DNA of 64,000 bases from contig JBHYGA010000005.1 in the NCBI GenBank assembly GCA_051859245.1, forward strand, positions 795,537 through 859,536, read 5' to 3'. This DNA comes from Gemmatimonadaceae bacterium. Lineage in GTDB: Bacteria; Gemmatimonadota; Gemmatimonadetes; Gemmatimonadales; Gemmatimonadaceae. The position numbers and the translations under genes are program-made. Under the pieces are notes generated by a model. That model ran no database searches. It had not been told where the DNA came from and was given only the letters and a program-made list of their open reading frames with translations. Below are positions 47,005 to 57,301 of the stretch, one piece after another (position 1 is the first letter of the stretch; each line of letters opens with the position of its first letter).

Positions 47005-48657
47005 TTGAATCAAGCTGAAGCGCTGCGCGCCGAAATCGCGCGCGCCGCGCGTACACTCGGTGCGCCACCTGATGTCGTGCCGCATCTCGAACGTCCGCGC
47101 GATCCGTCGTTCGGCGATTGGGCCACCAATGTGGCCATGACGCTCACCAAGCCGCTCGCGCGCAAGCCGCGTGACGTGGCCGAAGCGCTGATCGCGGCCA
47201 TGGACTTGACCAGCGTAGGCGCCACGGCCGCGGAAATCGCCGGACCTGGTTTCATCAACTTTCGCCTCGATCCAGGCTTTCAGGCCCGCGGACTGCTGCA
47301 GATTCTTGCCGCCCCCGAACAGTGGGGACGCAGCAACGTGGGGCAGGGCGCCAACGCGTGCGTGGAGTTTGTGTCGGCGAACCCCACCGGCCCGCTGCAC
47401 GTCGGACACGGTCGGCAGGCCGCGCTTGGCGACGCGATCAGTGCGTTGCTTGAAGCCACCGGCTGGAATGTGTCGCGCGAGTTTTACTACAACGATGGCG
47501 GCGTACAGATCTCGAATCTTGCACTGAGTGTGCAGGCGCGCGTACGTGAACTCGCCGGCCACGAGGCGGCGATTCCCGAGGGCGGATATCACGGTGAGTA
47601 CATCCGTGAAATCGCGTCGAACTACGTGGCGCAACATCCGCAGGATCGTGAAGGCAACGATCTGAACGCGTTGCGTGTGTTCGCCGTGGCCGCGCTCCGT
47701 CACGAGCAGGATCTTGATCTGCAAGCTTTTGGTGTGAAGTTCGACACGTACTATCTCGAAAGCTCGCTCTACACCGATGGTCGTGTTGACAGCACCGTGA
47801 AAGCGCTGCAGGCAAGTGGTCACACGTACGAAGAAGAAGGCGCGTTGTTCTTGCGCACCACCACGTTTGGCGATGACAAAGACCGCGTGATGAAAAAGAG
47901 CGCGGCCAAGGGCGGCGACTACACGTACTTTGTGCCGGACGTGGCGTACCACGTGACCAAGTGGGAGCGCGGATACACGCGCGCCATCAATGTGCAGGGT
48001 GCCGACCACCACAGCACCACCACGCGCGTGCGCGCAGGCCTGCAAGCGCTTGAGATCGGCATTCCACACGGGTATCCGGAGTATGTGCTGCACCAGATGG
48101 TCACGGTGGTGCGTGGCGGAGAAGAAGTGAAAATCTCCAAGCGCGCCGGATCGTACGTGACGGTGCGCGATCTGATTGATGATGTGGGCCGCGATGCCGT
48201 GCGCTATTTCTTTCTCATGCGCAAAGGTGATTCACAGCTGGTGTTCGATGTGGATCTCGCGCGTTCGCAGAGCGAAGAAAACCCCGTGTATTACATCCAG
48301 ATGGCGCACGCGCGTATGTGCGGCATCTTCCGCGTTGGGGAAATCGACGCCACCACGATCACGGGCGCCAACGTCGATCTCGGTGTGCTCTCGGAGCCCG
48401 CCGAAGTGGAGTTGGTGAAAGCCCTGCTCGACTATCCCGCGTTGCTCGTGGGCGCTGCCGATGCGGCCGAACCGCATCGTGTGGCCGCCTGGCTGCTTGA
48501 GACGGCGCGCCTCGCGCATTTGTGGTATCACAAGCATCACGTCCTCGGCGAACCCGAGGCAATCACCCAGGCGCGCCTTGTTCTTGCGCGCGCCACGCAG
48601 CTCGGCCTCGCTGCCGGCCTGCGCCTACTTGGCCTTACCGCTCCGGAGCGGATGTGA
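47005..48657 (+). CDS. argS: Arginine--tRNA ligase
   Basis: AGPGFINF, EFVSANPTGPLHVGHGR, GADHH, KISKRAG, NPVYYIQMAHAR. Confidence 0.97.
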   Translation: MNQAEALRAEIARAARTLGAPPDVVPHLERPRDPSFGDWATNVAMTLTKPLARKPRDVAEALIAAMDLTSVGATAAEIAGPGFINFRLDPGFQARGLLQILAAPEQWGRSNVGQGANACVEFVSANPTGPLHVGHGRQAALGDAISALLEATGWNVSREFYYNDGGVQISNLALSVQARVRELAGHEAAIPEGGYHGEYIREIASNYVAQHPQDREGNDLNALRVFAVAALRHEQDLDLQAFGVKFDTYYLESSLYTDGRVDSTVKALQASGHTYEEEGALFLRTTTFGDDKDRVMKKSAAKGGDYTYFVPDVAYHVTKWERGYTRAINVQGADHHSTTTRVRAGLQALEIGIPHGYPEYVLHQMVTVVRGGEEVKISKRAGSYVTVRDLIDDVGRDAVRYFFLMRKGDSQLVFDVDLARSQSEENPVYYIQMAHARMCGIFRVGEIDATTITGANVDLGVLSEPAEVELVKALLDYPALLVGAADAAEPHRVAAWLLETARLAHLWYHKHHVLGEPEAITQARLVLARATQLGLAAGLRLLGLTAPERM

Positions 48658-49640
48658 ACTCGCCTGCACACCATGATCGTCCCGCCGACGCACCGCTCGT
48701 TCATGCGGTGCATGAGGCGGCAGCCAAAGTGTTGGTGGTGGGTTCCGTCGCACTCGATTCCGTTGAGACACCGTTCGGTAAAGCCGACGATGTGTTAGGT
48801 GGCTCCGGTACGTATTTCGCGTCGAGTGCGTCCCACTTTGCGCCGGTGCAAGTGGTCGGTGTGGTCGGTGACGACTATCCGGTTGAAAAACTCGAGCCGC
48901 TACGCGAACGCGGCGTAGACTTTGCCGGACTCGAACGTGCCAGTGGCTCCAGCTTTCGCTGGCGCGGCCGCTATCGCCACGATCTCAACTCGGCCGAAAC
49001 GCTAGAAACACACCTGGGTGTGTTTTCGCACTTCGCGCCAAAGATTCCTGAGCAGTTTCGAAACGCACCGTTTGTCTTTCTCGCGAATATCGATCCGCGA
49101 TTGCAGTTGCAGGTGCTTGACCAAGTCACGGCGCCCAAGCTGGTTGCGTGCGACACCATGAACTTCTGGATTGAAAGCCGTCGCCCGGAGCTGATCGAAC
49201 TGCTCGGTCGCGTAGATCTGATCACGCTCAACGATGGCGAAGTGCGACAGCTCACGGAAAAATCCAACCTGGTGCACGGTGCCAAGTGGATTCTCGATCG
49301 TGGCCCCAGGCATGTGATTATCAAGAAGGGTGAGCACGGCGCGTTCATGTTCACGAAGGAGTCGGTGTTCTTCGCGCCCGCGTATCCGCTGGAAAGTGTG
49401 TTCGATCCCACGGGCGCCGGCGACTCGTTCGCGGGCGGCTTCATTGGTCATCTCGCGAGTACCAATGATTTGAGCGACCTGTCCATGCGCCGCGCTGTCG
49501 TGGTGGGTTCGGCCATGGGATCCTTCGCCGTGGAAAAGTTCTCCAACGCGCGTCTGCTCGAAATTGGCCACGACGATATCGAACGCCGCGTGCAGGAGTT
49601 CCGTCAGCTTGTGGCGTTTGACGCGGAGCTGCGCACGTGA
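48654..49640 (+). CDS. PfkB-family carbohydrate/nucleoside kinase
   Basis: VVGSVALD, LGGSG, KKGEHG, DPTGAGDSFAGGF; start uncertain. Confidence 0.9.
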   Translation: MNSPAHHDRPADAPLVHAVHEAAAKVLVVGSVALDSVETPFGKADDVLGGSGTYFASSASHFAPVQVVGVVGDDYPVEKLEPLRERGVDFAGLERASGSSFRWRGRYRHDLNSAETLETHLGVFSHFAPKIPEQFRNAPFVFLANIDPRLQLQVLDQVTAPKLVACDTMNFWIESRRPELIELLGRVDLITLNDGEVRQLTEKSNLVHGAKWILDRGPRHVIIKKGEHGAFMFTKESVFFAPAYPLESVFDPTGAGDSFAGGFIGHLASTNDLSDLSMRRAVVVGSAMGSFAVEKFSNARLLEIGHDDIERRVQEFRQLVAFDAELRT

Positions 49641-50701
49641 CAGCGCCTGACCACACATCGCCTGACGATGCGCTGACCTACGCCAGTGCCGGCGTTGACA
49701 TTGACGCGGCCGAAGATTCCAAGTGGCGTTTGAAGAAGCTCGTGGAATCCACCATGACGGCCGGCGCGCGCGGTGCGTTTGGCGGATTCGGCGGCATGTT
49801 TCGCGTGCCTACGGATAGCGCCAAGCCCACACTGGTGGCCAGCGCGGATGGTGTGGGCACCAAGATCAAGGTGGCGGTTGAAGCAGATCGTCACGATACG
49901 ATTGGCCACTGCCTGGTGAACCACTGCACGAACGACATTCTGGTGCAGGGCGCCACACCGCTGTTCTTCCTCGACTACGTCGCGTTTGGCAAACTGATCC
50001 CATCAGTTGTTGAAGCAGTCGTTGCAGGAGTTGCCGCCGGCTGCCGTGAAAATGGTGCCGCGTTGATTGGCGGCGAAACGGCAGAAATGCCCGGCGTGTA
50101 CACCGCGCCCGACTACGACCTTGCCGGATTCATTGTGGGCATCGTTGATGAAGACGCGGTGCTTGGCAGCGAGCGGGTGCGCGCCGGACAGGTGCTGGTT
50201 GGTCTGGAAAGCAACGGCCTGCACACCAATGGCTACTCACTCGCTCGTCGCATCGTTGCCGATCGACTCAAGCTCGGCGTGCATGACGTGTTTCCAGATA
50301 GCGATGGCCTGAGCGTGGCCGATGTGTTGCTCAAGGTGCATCGCTCGTATCTGCCGCTCATGCGACCGTTGTTACCGCACGTGTGTGCGATGGCTCACAT
50401 TACCGGCGGCGGATTGCCGGGCAATTTGAATCGCGCGCTTCCCAGCAACTGTGATGCGTTTGTTGACACCAGCACATGGACCGTGCCAGCCGAGTTCCGG
50501 GTATTGGCTGAAGCGGGACGGGTGTCGAAGGACGAGATGTTCCGCGCCTTTAACATGGGAGTGGGCATGGTTGTGATCGTGGAAGCCGAGAACGTATCGC
50601 GCGTGATTGACGCGGCGAACGCGCAGGGAATTCGTGGCTGGGTAATGGGTGGTGTTGCGCCTGGTACTGGCGTAGTGCGGCTCGATCGGTCGGTCGCGTG
50701 A
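49637..50701 (+). CDS. purM: Phosphoribosylformylglycinamidine cyclo-ligase
   Basis: TYASAGVDI, DGVGTK, GGETAEMPG, SNGLHTNGYSL, HITGGG, FNMGVGM. Confidence 0.97.
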   Translation: MTAPDHTSPDDALTYASAGVDIDAAEDSKWRLKKLVESTMTAGARGAFGGFGGMFRVPTDSAKPTLVASADGVGTKIKVAVEADRHDTIGHCLVNHCTNDILVQGATPLFFLDYVAFGKLIPSVVEAVVAGVAAGCRENGAALIGGETAEMPGVYTAPDYDLAGFIVGIVDEDAVLGSERVRAGQVLVGLESNGLHTNGYSLARRIVADRLKLGVHDVFPDSDGLSVADVLLKVHRSYLPLMRPLLPHVCAMAHITGGGLPGNLNRALPSNCDAFVDTSTWTVPAEFRVLAEAGRVSKDEMFRAFNMGVGMVVIVEAENVSRVIDAANAQGIRGWVMGGVAPGTGVVRLDRSVA

Positions 50702-51744
50702 TGCGCGCGCGTCGCGCGGGTACAAGCGCAACCGCGGTTGTACGGACTGCTGCGCTCCTCGCAGTCTTGAGCGGTGCGGTGCAGGTACCGTCGCTCCGCG
50801 CGCAAGCCACACCGCAGTGCACGGTCACCAGCACACCGGCCGGTTTGCCGAACGGTTTCGCGCAGGATCCGTGCGTGAAAGCGAACGATCTGTTTCTGTT
50901 TCTCGCGCCACAGGTTGGGGTCGCGCTGTCCGGCGGCAATCCGATGGTGGGCGAAGGTGGATCGCTGGGCGGTTGGGGACGTCGCTCGTTCGCGCTGCGT
51001 GTGAGCGCCGTAGACGGACGCGTGCCTGAGAATACCGTACCACTCTCGCTGTTGCCGGCATCGAGCGATTTCGGCGCGCAGCGCGCGCCGATACCCGTTC
51101 CCAGCGTGGATGCCGCGATCGGAATCTTTCGCGGCGTTCCGTTTGGTCTCACGAATATCGGTGGAGTGGACGTGCTCGTCGGAGCAACGCTGCTGCCAAA
51201 CGTGACGAAGGATGAGTTCACGGTAGAAGCAGATGGCGGCGGCGTTGCCATCAACTACGGCGTGCGCGTTGGGTTGCTGCAGGAGTCAGCGGCCGTGCCG
51301 GGAGTTGGCGTCTCGGTTATGCGTCGTCGTTTACCAACCACCAGCATTTCGTACCGCACCAACAATGACACGTTGAGCGTGCTGGATACGCGCGTGTCCT
51401 CCACTGTGATTCGCCTCACGCTGAACAAGCGGTTTGGGTTGTTCGGCATTGGTGGTGGCATTGGTGAAGATCGTCTTGATTCCGAAACGACGTTGCAGGC
51501 GGTCGTGAACGAAACGGTCAGCGGGATTCCTGCGCGCGCTGAGGCGCGTCGCGACGCGCGCGATGAAACACGACGTGGCACCGCGTTCATCAATGCGTCA
51601 TTCGGGTTGGCCATGGCACAACTTGTTCTGGAAGTGGGCCAATCACGATCCGGTGGTATTCGCGAAACACTGAACACGTTCGGCGATCGCAAGGCCAACG
51701 AAGCGTATCGGTACGGTTCGATTGGGTTCAACTTCCGCCTCTGA
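50698..51744 (+). CDS. Uncharacterised exported protein, probable outer-membrane beta-barrel
   Basis: Signal peptide ending AQA; Gly-rich amphipathic strands; terminal YGSIGFNFRL. Confidence 0.7.
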   Translation: MMRARRAGTSATAVVRTAALLAVLSGAVQVPSLRAQATPQCTVTSTPAGLPNGFAQDPCVKANDLFLFLAPQVGVALSGGNPMVGEGGSLGGWGRRSFALRVSAVDGRVPENTVPLSLLPASSDFGAQRAPIPVPSVDAAIGIFRGVPFGLTNIGGVDVLVGATLLPNVTKDEFTVEADGGGVAINYGVRVGLLQESAAVPGVGVSVMRRRLPTTSISYRTNNDTLSVLDTRVSSTVIRLTLNKRFGLFGIGGGIGEDRLDSETTLQAVVNETVSGIPARAEARRDARDETRRGTAFINASFGLAMAQLVLEVGQSRSGGIRETLNTFGDRKANEAYRYGSIGFNFRL

Positions 51745-51763
51745 TTCACGCGATGCAGGCTTC

Positions 51764-52837
51764 ATGCGCCGCGCGCTTGTGCTCGCGGCGCGTGGTGCAG
51801 GACAGGTGGCGCCCAATCCGTTAGTTGGTGCCGTTGTGGTTCAGGATGAACGCGTCGTCGGCGAAGGGTGGCATGCGCAATACGGTCAGGCCCACGCCGA
51901 GGTCGCGGCGCTTAACGCCGCTGGTGAACGCGCTCGCGGGGCCACACTGTACGTGACGCTTGAGCCGTGCAATCACACGGGCAAAACGCCGCCGTGTACT
52001 GACGCAATCCTGAACAGTGGCATCGCCCGCGTGGTCTACGCGGTGGCAGACCCGAATCCACGAGCCGCTGGCGGCGCCGAACGGCTACGTGCCGCGGGTG
52101 TGCAGGTGCATCACGGCGTGCTTGAGGCGCAGGCAAGCGAACTGAACGCGCCCTTTCTGTTCGCCGCACGCGGGGCCACGCGCCCGTGGGTCACGCTCAA
52201 GCTCGCGGTCTCACTCGACGGCGCGATTGCCGATCACACCCGCCGCCCGGGCTGGATTTCCGGCAGCGCGGCGCAAAAGGCAGTGCATCGGCTTCGGGCC
52301 GGTGCCGACGCGATCGCGGTGGGCATTGGCACAGCGCTCGCGGACGATCCGGCCCTCACGGTTCGGTATGGTCCGCCGCCCCGCGTCGCCCCACGGCGGG
52401 TGGTGTTCGACCGCCGAGCCGAACTTCCTCTCGCGAGCAGGCTGGTGAGGTCGGCGGCCGAGGTACCGGTGCTCGTCCTGACCGACACCGCGCCGGTTTC
52501 CCACGGCGCGAGCGCTCGGGCGGCCGCCCTCGAAGCCGCTGGTGTGACCGTGATACGCGCTGAGAGCGTGGCCGCGGCCCTGGCCGCGCTCAAGCAGCAG
52601 GGCGTGAACCATCTGCTGGTGGAGGGCGGATCCGGCCTCGCCAGCGCGCTGGTAGACGCCAATCTGGTAGACAGACTGATTATGATTCAGGGATCAGTCA
52701 TTCTCGGGCAAGGCAGCTTGCCCGCGTTTGCGGCGCTTCCGCCGCGGACCGTCTCTGAGGCCAAGCGCTGGCGCGTACTGTCGCGGAGGGCGCTCGGTGA
52801 CGATAGCATGACGACGTACGCTGTTTCGGAACTGTGA
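51764..52837 (+). CDS. ribD: Bifunctional riboflavin biosynthesis deaminase/reductase RibD
   Basis: PNPLVGAV, HAE, TLEPCNHTGKTPPC, KLAVSLDG, LVEGG. Confidence 0.96.
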   Translation: MRRALVLAARGAGQVAPNPLVGAVVVQDERVVGEGWHAQYGQAHAEVAALNAAGERARGATLYVTLEPCNHTGKTPPCTDAILNSGIARVVYAVADPNPRAAGGAERLRAAGVQVHHGVLEAQASELNAPFLFAARGATRPWVTLKLAVSLDGAIADHTRRPGWISGSAAQKAVHRLRAGADAIAVGIGTALADDPALTVRYGPPPRVAPRRVVFDRRAELPLASRLVRSAAEVPVLVLTDTAPVSHGASARAAALEAAGVTVIRAESVAAALAALKQQGVNHLLVEGGSGLASALVDANLVDRLIMIQGSVILGQGSLPAFAALPPRTVSEAKRWRVLSRRALGDDSMTTYAVSEL

Positions 52838-52844
52838 GGACGGG

Positions 52845-53453
52845 ATGTTTACGGGTTTGGTGGACGACGTTGGCACCATTGAAACGGTGGCCGACACGCC
52901 GGCTGGGCGCGAGCTGCGCATCGCCTGCAAGTACGATGACCTCGCACCGGGCGAGAGCATTGCCGTAAACGGCGCCTGTCTCACCGTTCGTGAATACGGT
53001 GCGGGCTGGTTTACGTGCGCCGCCGTGGTCACCACGCTAGGCCGCACGACCATCGCTAACTGGCAATCCGGCACGCGCGTGAATCTTGAGCGCGCGATGC
53101 GCCTGGGCGACCGCTTGGGCGGACATCTCGTGCTCGGGCACGTCGACACCGTGGCGACTGTTCGTCACACAGCCACTCGTGATGACGCGTGGCTCGTTGA
53201 TCTGCAGCTGCCGCCAGACATTGCGATGCTGATGGTACCACACGGATCGCTAACCGTTGACGGCGTCAGCCTCACGGTCAACGCGCTGCTCCCGGATAAC
53301 GGCGTGCAGCTCTCCATCATCGAGTACACGAGCCGTCATACCACGCTCGGCGCGCTGTCGAAAGGCGACGCGGTGCACGTGGAAGCCGATGTGTTGGCAA
53401 AACACGTCGCGCGGCTGCTCGCACCTCAACTTGCCGCACACGCCCTGACCTGA
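52845..53453 (+). CDS. ribE: Riboflavin synthase (alpha chain)
   Basis: MFTGLV N-terminus, [32 protein letters not shown]. Confidence 0.96.
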   Translation: MFTGLVDDVGTIETVADTPAGRELRIACKYDDLAPGESIAVNGACLTVREYGAGWFTCAAVVTTLGRTTIANWQSGTRVNLERAMRLGDRLGGHLVLGHVDTVATVRHTATRDDAWLVDLQLPPDIAMLMVPHGSLTVDGVSLTVNALLPDNGVQLSIIEYTSRHTTLGALSKGDAVHVEADVLAKHVARLLAPQLAAHALT

Positions 53454-54748
53454 TGTCTACCGCACAGAGCAGCACCCCAAATGCAACAAGTCGCGCCACG
53501 CCCTCGGCGTCGCACGACTCCATTGCCATCAGTCCACCGAACACGATTGCGCGCGCGCTTGAAGATTTGCGCGCTGGCAAGTTTATCGTCGTGGCCGACG
53601 ATGAAGATCGTGAGAACGAAGGCGATCTGATCTGCGCCGCCGAAATGGTGACGCCTGAGATGGTGAACTTCATGCTGAGCGCCAAAGGCATGATCTGTCT
53701 TGCCATCACCGGTGAGCGCGCAGATCTGCTGGGCCTCGGCCCGCAGGCCGATGACAACACCGAAGCCATGCGCACCGCGTTCACTGTCAGCATTGACGCC
53801 GCGCCCAAGTACGGTGTGACCACCGGCATCAGTGCGTCGGACCGCGCGACCACCATTCGTGTGGCCGTCGATCCGTCGTCCACGCGCGCTGACCTGCGCG
53901 TGCCGGGACACATTCATCCGTTGCGTGCGCGTGACGGCGGGGTGTTGCAGCGGGTTGGACACACGGAAACCGCGGTTGATCTCGCGCGCATGGCGGGTTT
54001 GCAGCCGGCCGGTGTGATCTGCGAAATCCTCAATGCCGATGGCACAGCCGCTCGTCGACCGGATCTGGAAAAGTTTTGCGCGGAACACGGGCTCACGTTC
54101 ATCACCGTTGCGCAGTTGGTCGCGCATCGATTGCAGACGGAGCGTCTGGTGCATCGCGCAGCCGAAGCGCGATTGCCAACCGAGTTTGGCGAATGGCGCA
54201 TTGTCGGGTATCGCAACGAAGTGGACGATCGCGAGCACGTGGCGCTGGTATGCGGCGACGTCACGTCTCCGGAAGCACAAGCGGAGCCCGGTGTCCTGGT
54301 GCGCATGCATTCGCGCTGTCTGACCGGCGATGTGTTTCACTCGCGTCGCTGCGACTGCGGCTGGCAGCTGGAAACCGCGATGGCCGCCATGCAAAAGGAA
54401 GGGCGCGGTGTGATTGTGTACCTCGATCAGGAAGGGCGCGGCATCGGGTTGATCAACAAGTTGCGCGCCTATGAGTTGCAGGATCAGGGAGCCGATACGG
54501 TTGAAGCGAACGAACAGCTCGGCTTCAAGGCGGACCTGCGCAACTACGGCATTGGTGCACAGATTCTGCTCGATCTCGGGCTGCGCACCATTCGCGTGAT
54601 GACGCAGAATCCTCGCAAGCTCGTGGGACTCGATGGCTACGGTCTCGTGTTGCATGATCGTGTGAAGCTTGAAGCCCCTGCGTCTGACGACAACGCCAGC
54701 TATCTCGAGACCAAGCGTACCAAGCTCGGTCATCTTTTCGCGCTTTAA
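53453..54748 (+). CDS. ribBA: Bifunctional DHBP synthase / GTP cyclohydrolase II
   Basis: [42 protein letters not shown]. Confidence 0.97.
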   Translation: MSTAQSSTPNATSRATPSASHDSIAISPPNTIARALEDLRAGKFIVVADDEDRENEGDLICAAEMVTPEMVNFMLSAKGMICLAITGERADLLGLGPQADDNTEAMRTAFTVSIDAAPKYGVTTGISASDRATTIRVAVDPSSTRADLRVPGHIHPLRARDGGVLQRVGHTETAVDLARMAGLQPAGVICEILNADGTAARRPDLEKFCAEHGLTFITVAQLVAHRLQTERLVHRAAEARLPTEFGEWRIVGYRNEVDDREHVALVCGDVTSPEAQAEPGVLVRMHSRCLTGDVFHSRRCDCGWQLETAMAAMQKEGRGVIVYLDQEGRGIGLINKLRAYELQDQGADTVEANEQLGFKADLRNYGIGAQILLDLGLRTIRVMTQNPRKLVGLDGYGLVLHDRVKLEAPASDDNASYLETKRTKLGHLFAL

Positions 54749-54754
54749 CACCAT

Positions 54755-55255
54755 ATGGCTGATCTGACAGGAATTCCGCGCGGCGAAGGACGACGCATCG
54801 CCGTTGTCGCCAGTCGCTTTAACGAAAGTGTGACCACGCGACTGGCCGAGGGCGCGGTCGATGCGCTCGTACGTCATGGCGCTGACTTTGGTGATGTGGA
54901 TGTGCTCTGGGTACCGGGTGCATGGGAGCTGCCAATGGCAACACGTCGCGCCCTGGCGTCGGGACGCTACGACGGCGTGGTTGCGGTTGGCGCAGTGATT
55001 CGCGGCGAAACACCGCACTTTGATTTTGTGGCTGGCGAAGCGGCGCGCGGATTGGCCGAAGCCGGTCGCGACTTTGATGCACCGGTCACGCTCGGTTTGC
55101 TCACCACTGACACACTCGCGCAAGCGGAAGCACGTGCCGGCGGTGATCACGGCAACAAGGGCTGGGATTCGGCGTTGGCGTTGCTCGAGATGCTCGATCT
55201 GTTCGATCGCATGGAGCCGGCCGCCGATGACGACGAATCAACGGACGAGGGCTGA
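54755..55255 (+). CDS. ribH: 6,7-dimethyl-8-ribityllumazine synthase
   Basis: SRFN, VPGAWELP, IRGETPHFDFV, GNKG. Confidence 0.97.
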   Translation: MADLTGIPRGEGRRIAVVASRFNESVTTRLAEGAVDALVRHGADFGDVDVLWVPGAWELPMATRRALASGRYDGVVAVGAVIRGETPHFDFVAGEAARGLAEAGRDFDAPVTLGLLTTDTLAQAEARAGGDHGNKGWDSALALLEMLDLFDRMEPAADDDESTDEG

Positions 55256-55256
55256 C

Positions 55257-55847
55257 GTGGCTGATCTACGAGATGACGCGTTCTGGGATGGACCGTCAAT
55301 TGCCACGCCCGCATCCAAGCCTGCAGCCAAGCCGTCCGCACGTGCAGTGCCAGCAAAACCACAAGGCGTCGCGCCGCAGACGTCGGCAATGCCGCGCTCG
55401 TCGCGTGCCAAACCGCAGGGCAACAAGCGACAGATTCAACGACTCGAAACGCGCGGTCGCGCGCGCGCATTGCAAGCGCTCTACGCGGCCGACTTGCGCG
55501 ATTTCACGCAGCTGAAAAAGATCTCCGTGCAGGTGTGGGACGATCTCGCCATTGTGCCAGAAGAGCGATTGTTCGCGTCGCGATTGATTGCCACGATTAT
55601 CGAACGATCCGCCGAAGTTGATGCGTCACTCACGGCGGTGACAGCGAACTGGCGTCTTGAACGATTGGGTGCAATCGAGCGCAGTGTGTTGCGTCTTGCG
55701 GCTGCCGAGTTTCTGCGTGGCGAAACACCGCCGCGTGTCGTGCTGCAAGAAGCCATTCATCTCGCGGAACGATATGGCACGGAACGCAGCGCGCGTTTTG
55801 TGAACGGCGTGCTCGACGCCTACGCGCGACACATCGGCGCCTTGTGA
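55257..55847 (+). CDS. nusB: Transcription antitermination factor NusB with N-terminal extension
   Basis: RARALQALY, NWRLERL, EAIHLAERYG, RFVNGVLD; follows ribH; start uncertain. Confidence 0.92.
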   Translation: MADLRDDAFWDGPSIATPASKPAAKPSARAVPAKPQGVAPQTSAMPRSSRAKPQGNKRQIQRLETRGRARALQALYAADLRDFTQLKKISVQVWDDLAIVPEERLFASRLIATIIERSAEVDASLTAVTANWRLERLGAIERSVLRLAAAEFLRGETPPRVVLQEAIHLAERYGTERSARFVNGVLDAYARHIGAL

Positions 55848-56980
55848 GTACTGCGGCGGATCGTCCGCTCCGCATTGTGGTGGTGAACTGGCAGTGCCGC
55901 GACAATCCGCTCGCTGGCGGTGCGGAAATTCACCTGCACGAAATTTTCGGCGGACTGGTGCAACGCGGGCATGACGTCACGTTGCTCTGCGGCGGCTGGC
56001 CCGGTTGCCCGCCACGGGCCGAGCTCGATGGAATTGCCGTGCACCGGGTGGGCACGCGCCAGTCGTTTCCGTTCAAGGCGCGGGCCTACTGGAACGCGCA
56101 CCACGCCAGCTGGCGCCCTGATGTCATTGTGGAAGACATCAATAAGGTGCCGCTGTACACCCCCAGGTGGAGCGACGTGCCGGTGGTGGCGCTGGTGCCG
56201 CATCTCTTTGGCCCCACGGCATTTCGCGAACTGTCCTTCCCGCTGGCCTCGGCGGTGTGGCTGGCCGAGCGGCCGCTCCCGTGGATGTACCGGGGGGTGC
56301 CATTTGAGGCAATTAGTGACAGTACCCGGGACGACCTCGTGCAGCGCGGAATTCCAAAAGATTCCATCCGCGTGATCTTCCCCGGGATCGATACTTCGCA
56401 GTACACTCCGGATACGAGCGTTCGCGCCGATCGTCCTACCTTTGCATATCTCGGTCGGTTGCAGCGCTACAAAGGGGTAGACCTTGTGATCCGCGCGTTT
56501 GCGGAGGGCAAGTTGGAAGACGCAGTCTTGGAAATCGCGGGTGCGGGAAACTATCGACCATCGCTCGAACGACTCGCGCTAGAACTCGGTGTCGCCGAAC
56601 GGGTACGGTTTCTTGGTCGGATTGACGAGACTGGTAAGCAGGCCCTGCTTCGACGGGCATGGGCCATGGCATTCGCATCACCAAAGGAGGGTTGGGGCAT
56701 TACCAATCTCGAGGCCGCGGCAAGCGGAACTCCGGTGATCGCGTCGAACTCTCCGGGAATTCGTGAATCCGTCCAACATGAAGTGACTGGCTTTCTTGTC
56801 ACGCATGGGGACACCGTGGCCATGGCGCAGGCAATGCGTCGCCTGGCGCAGGATCGCTCACTGGTTGAGCGCCTGGGCGTGGCGGCGCGAGAGTTCGCGA
56901 CCGGATTCACCTGGGAGCGAGCGGCCGCTCACACTGAGGCTCACCTTCGCGAGATCGTGAGTCGGAGAGGAAATGGCTGA
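55844..56980 (+). CDS. Glycosyltransferase family 4
   Basis: AGGAE, LGRLQRYKG, EGWGITNLEAAASG (EX7E). Confidence 0.92.
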   Translation: MSTAADRPLRIVVVNWQCRDNPLAGGAEIHLHEIFGGLVQRGHDVTLLCGGWPGCPPRAELDGIAVHRVGTRQSFPFKARAYWNAHHASWRPDVIVEDINKVPLYTPRWSDVPVVALVPHLFGPTAFRELSFPLASAVWLAERPLPWMYRGVPFEAISDSTRDDLVQRGIPKDSIRVIFPGIDTSQYTPDTSVRADRPTFAYLGRLQRYKGVDLVIRAFAEGKLEDAVLEIAGAGNYRPSLERLALELGVAERVRFLGRIDETGKQALLRRAWAMAFASPKEGWGITNLEAAASGTPVIASNSPGIRESVQHEVTGFLVTHGDTVAMAQAMRRLAQDRSLVERLGVAAREFATGFTWERAAAHTEAHLREIVSRRGNG

Positions 56981-57301
56981 ATGGAAATCATCCTGCACGC
57001 GCACCATGCCGAAGTCACCGAAACCCTTCGCGCCAAAGCAGAGCGCGCCGTTGAACGACTCGGAGCCAGGCTCCGTCGTGTCGTAACGGCGATCGTTCGC
57101 TTTGAGGGCGACGGGCCAAGTAAACGGGTTGAGATTGTCCTGCAGGCGCCGCGGCGCGCGGACATCGTAGCTCAGGCCTTTGACCGGCGATACGAGCCGG
57201 CGCTCGCGGCCGCGGTGAGTCGACTGGAGTCGCAGGTGTCCCGAACACGCCGATCGCGCAGGCCACGCACCAAGCTGATGCCTGAGGCGCCTCCCGGGTG
57301 A
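56981..57301 (+). CDS. hpf: HPF/RaiA-family ribosome-associated protein (short form)
   Basis: MEIILHAHHAEVTETLR N-terminus, AVSRLESQV helix; upstream of hprK. Confidence 0.75.
   Translation: MEIILHAHHAEVTETLRAKAERAVERLGARLRRVVTAIVRFEGDGPSKRVEIVLQAPRRADIVAQAFDRRYEPALAAAVSRLESQVSRTRRSRRPRTKLMPEAPPG

Noticed and set aside
157..51691. Repeated GCGATCGC (HIP1-like) octamers
   Set aside because: The copies I noticed are in coding regions and can arise from common high-GC codon strings; a codon-aware count would be needed to claim enrichment.
51700..51764. FMN riboswitch ahead of the rib operon
   Set aside because: Only ~20 nt separate ribD from the upstream gene and no RFN consensus is visible.
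53426..55150. 574-aa - strand ORF
   Set aside because: Antisense shadow of ribBA/ribH with no recognisable motifs.
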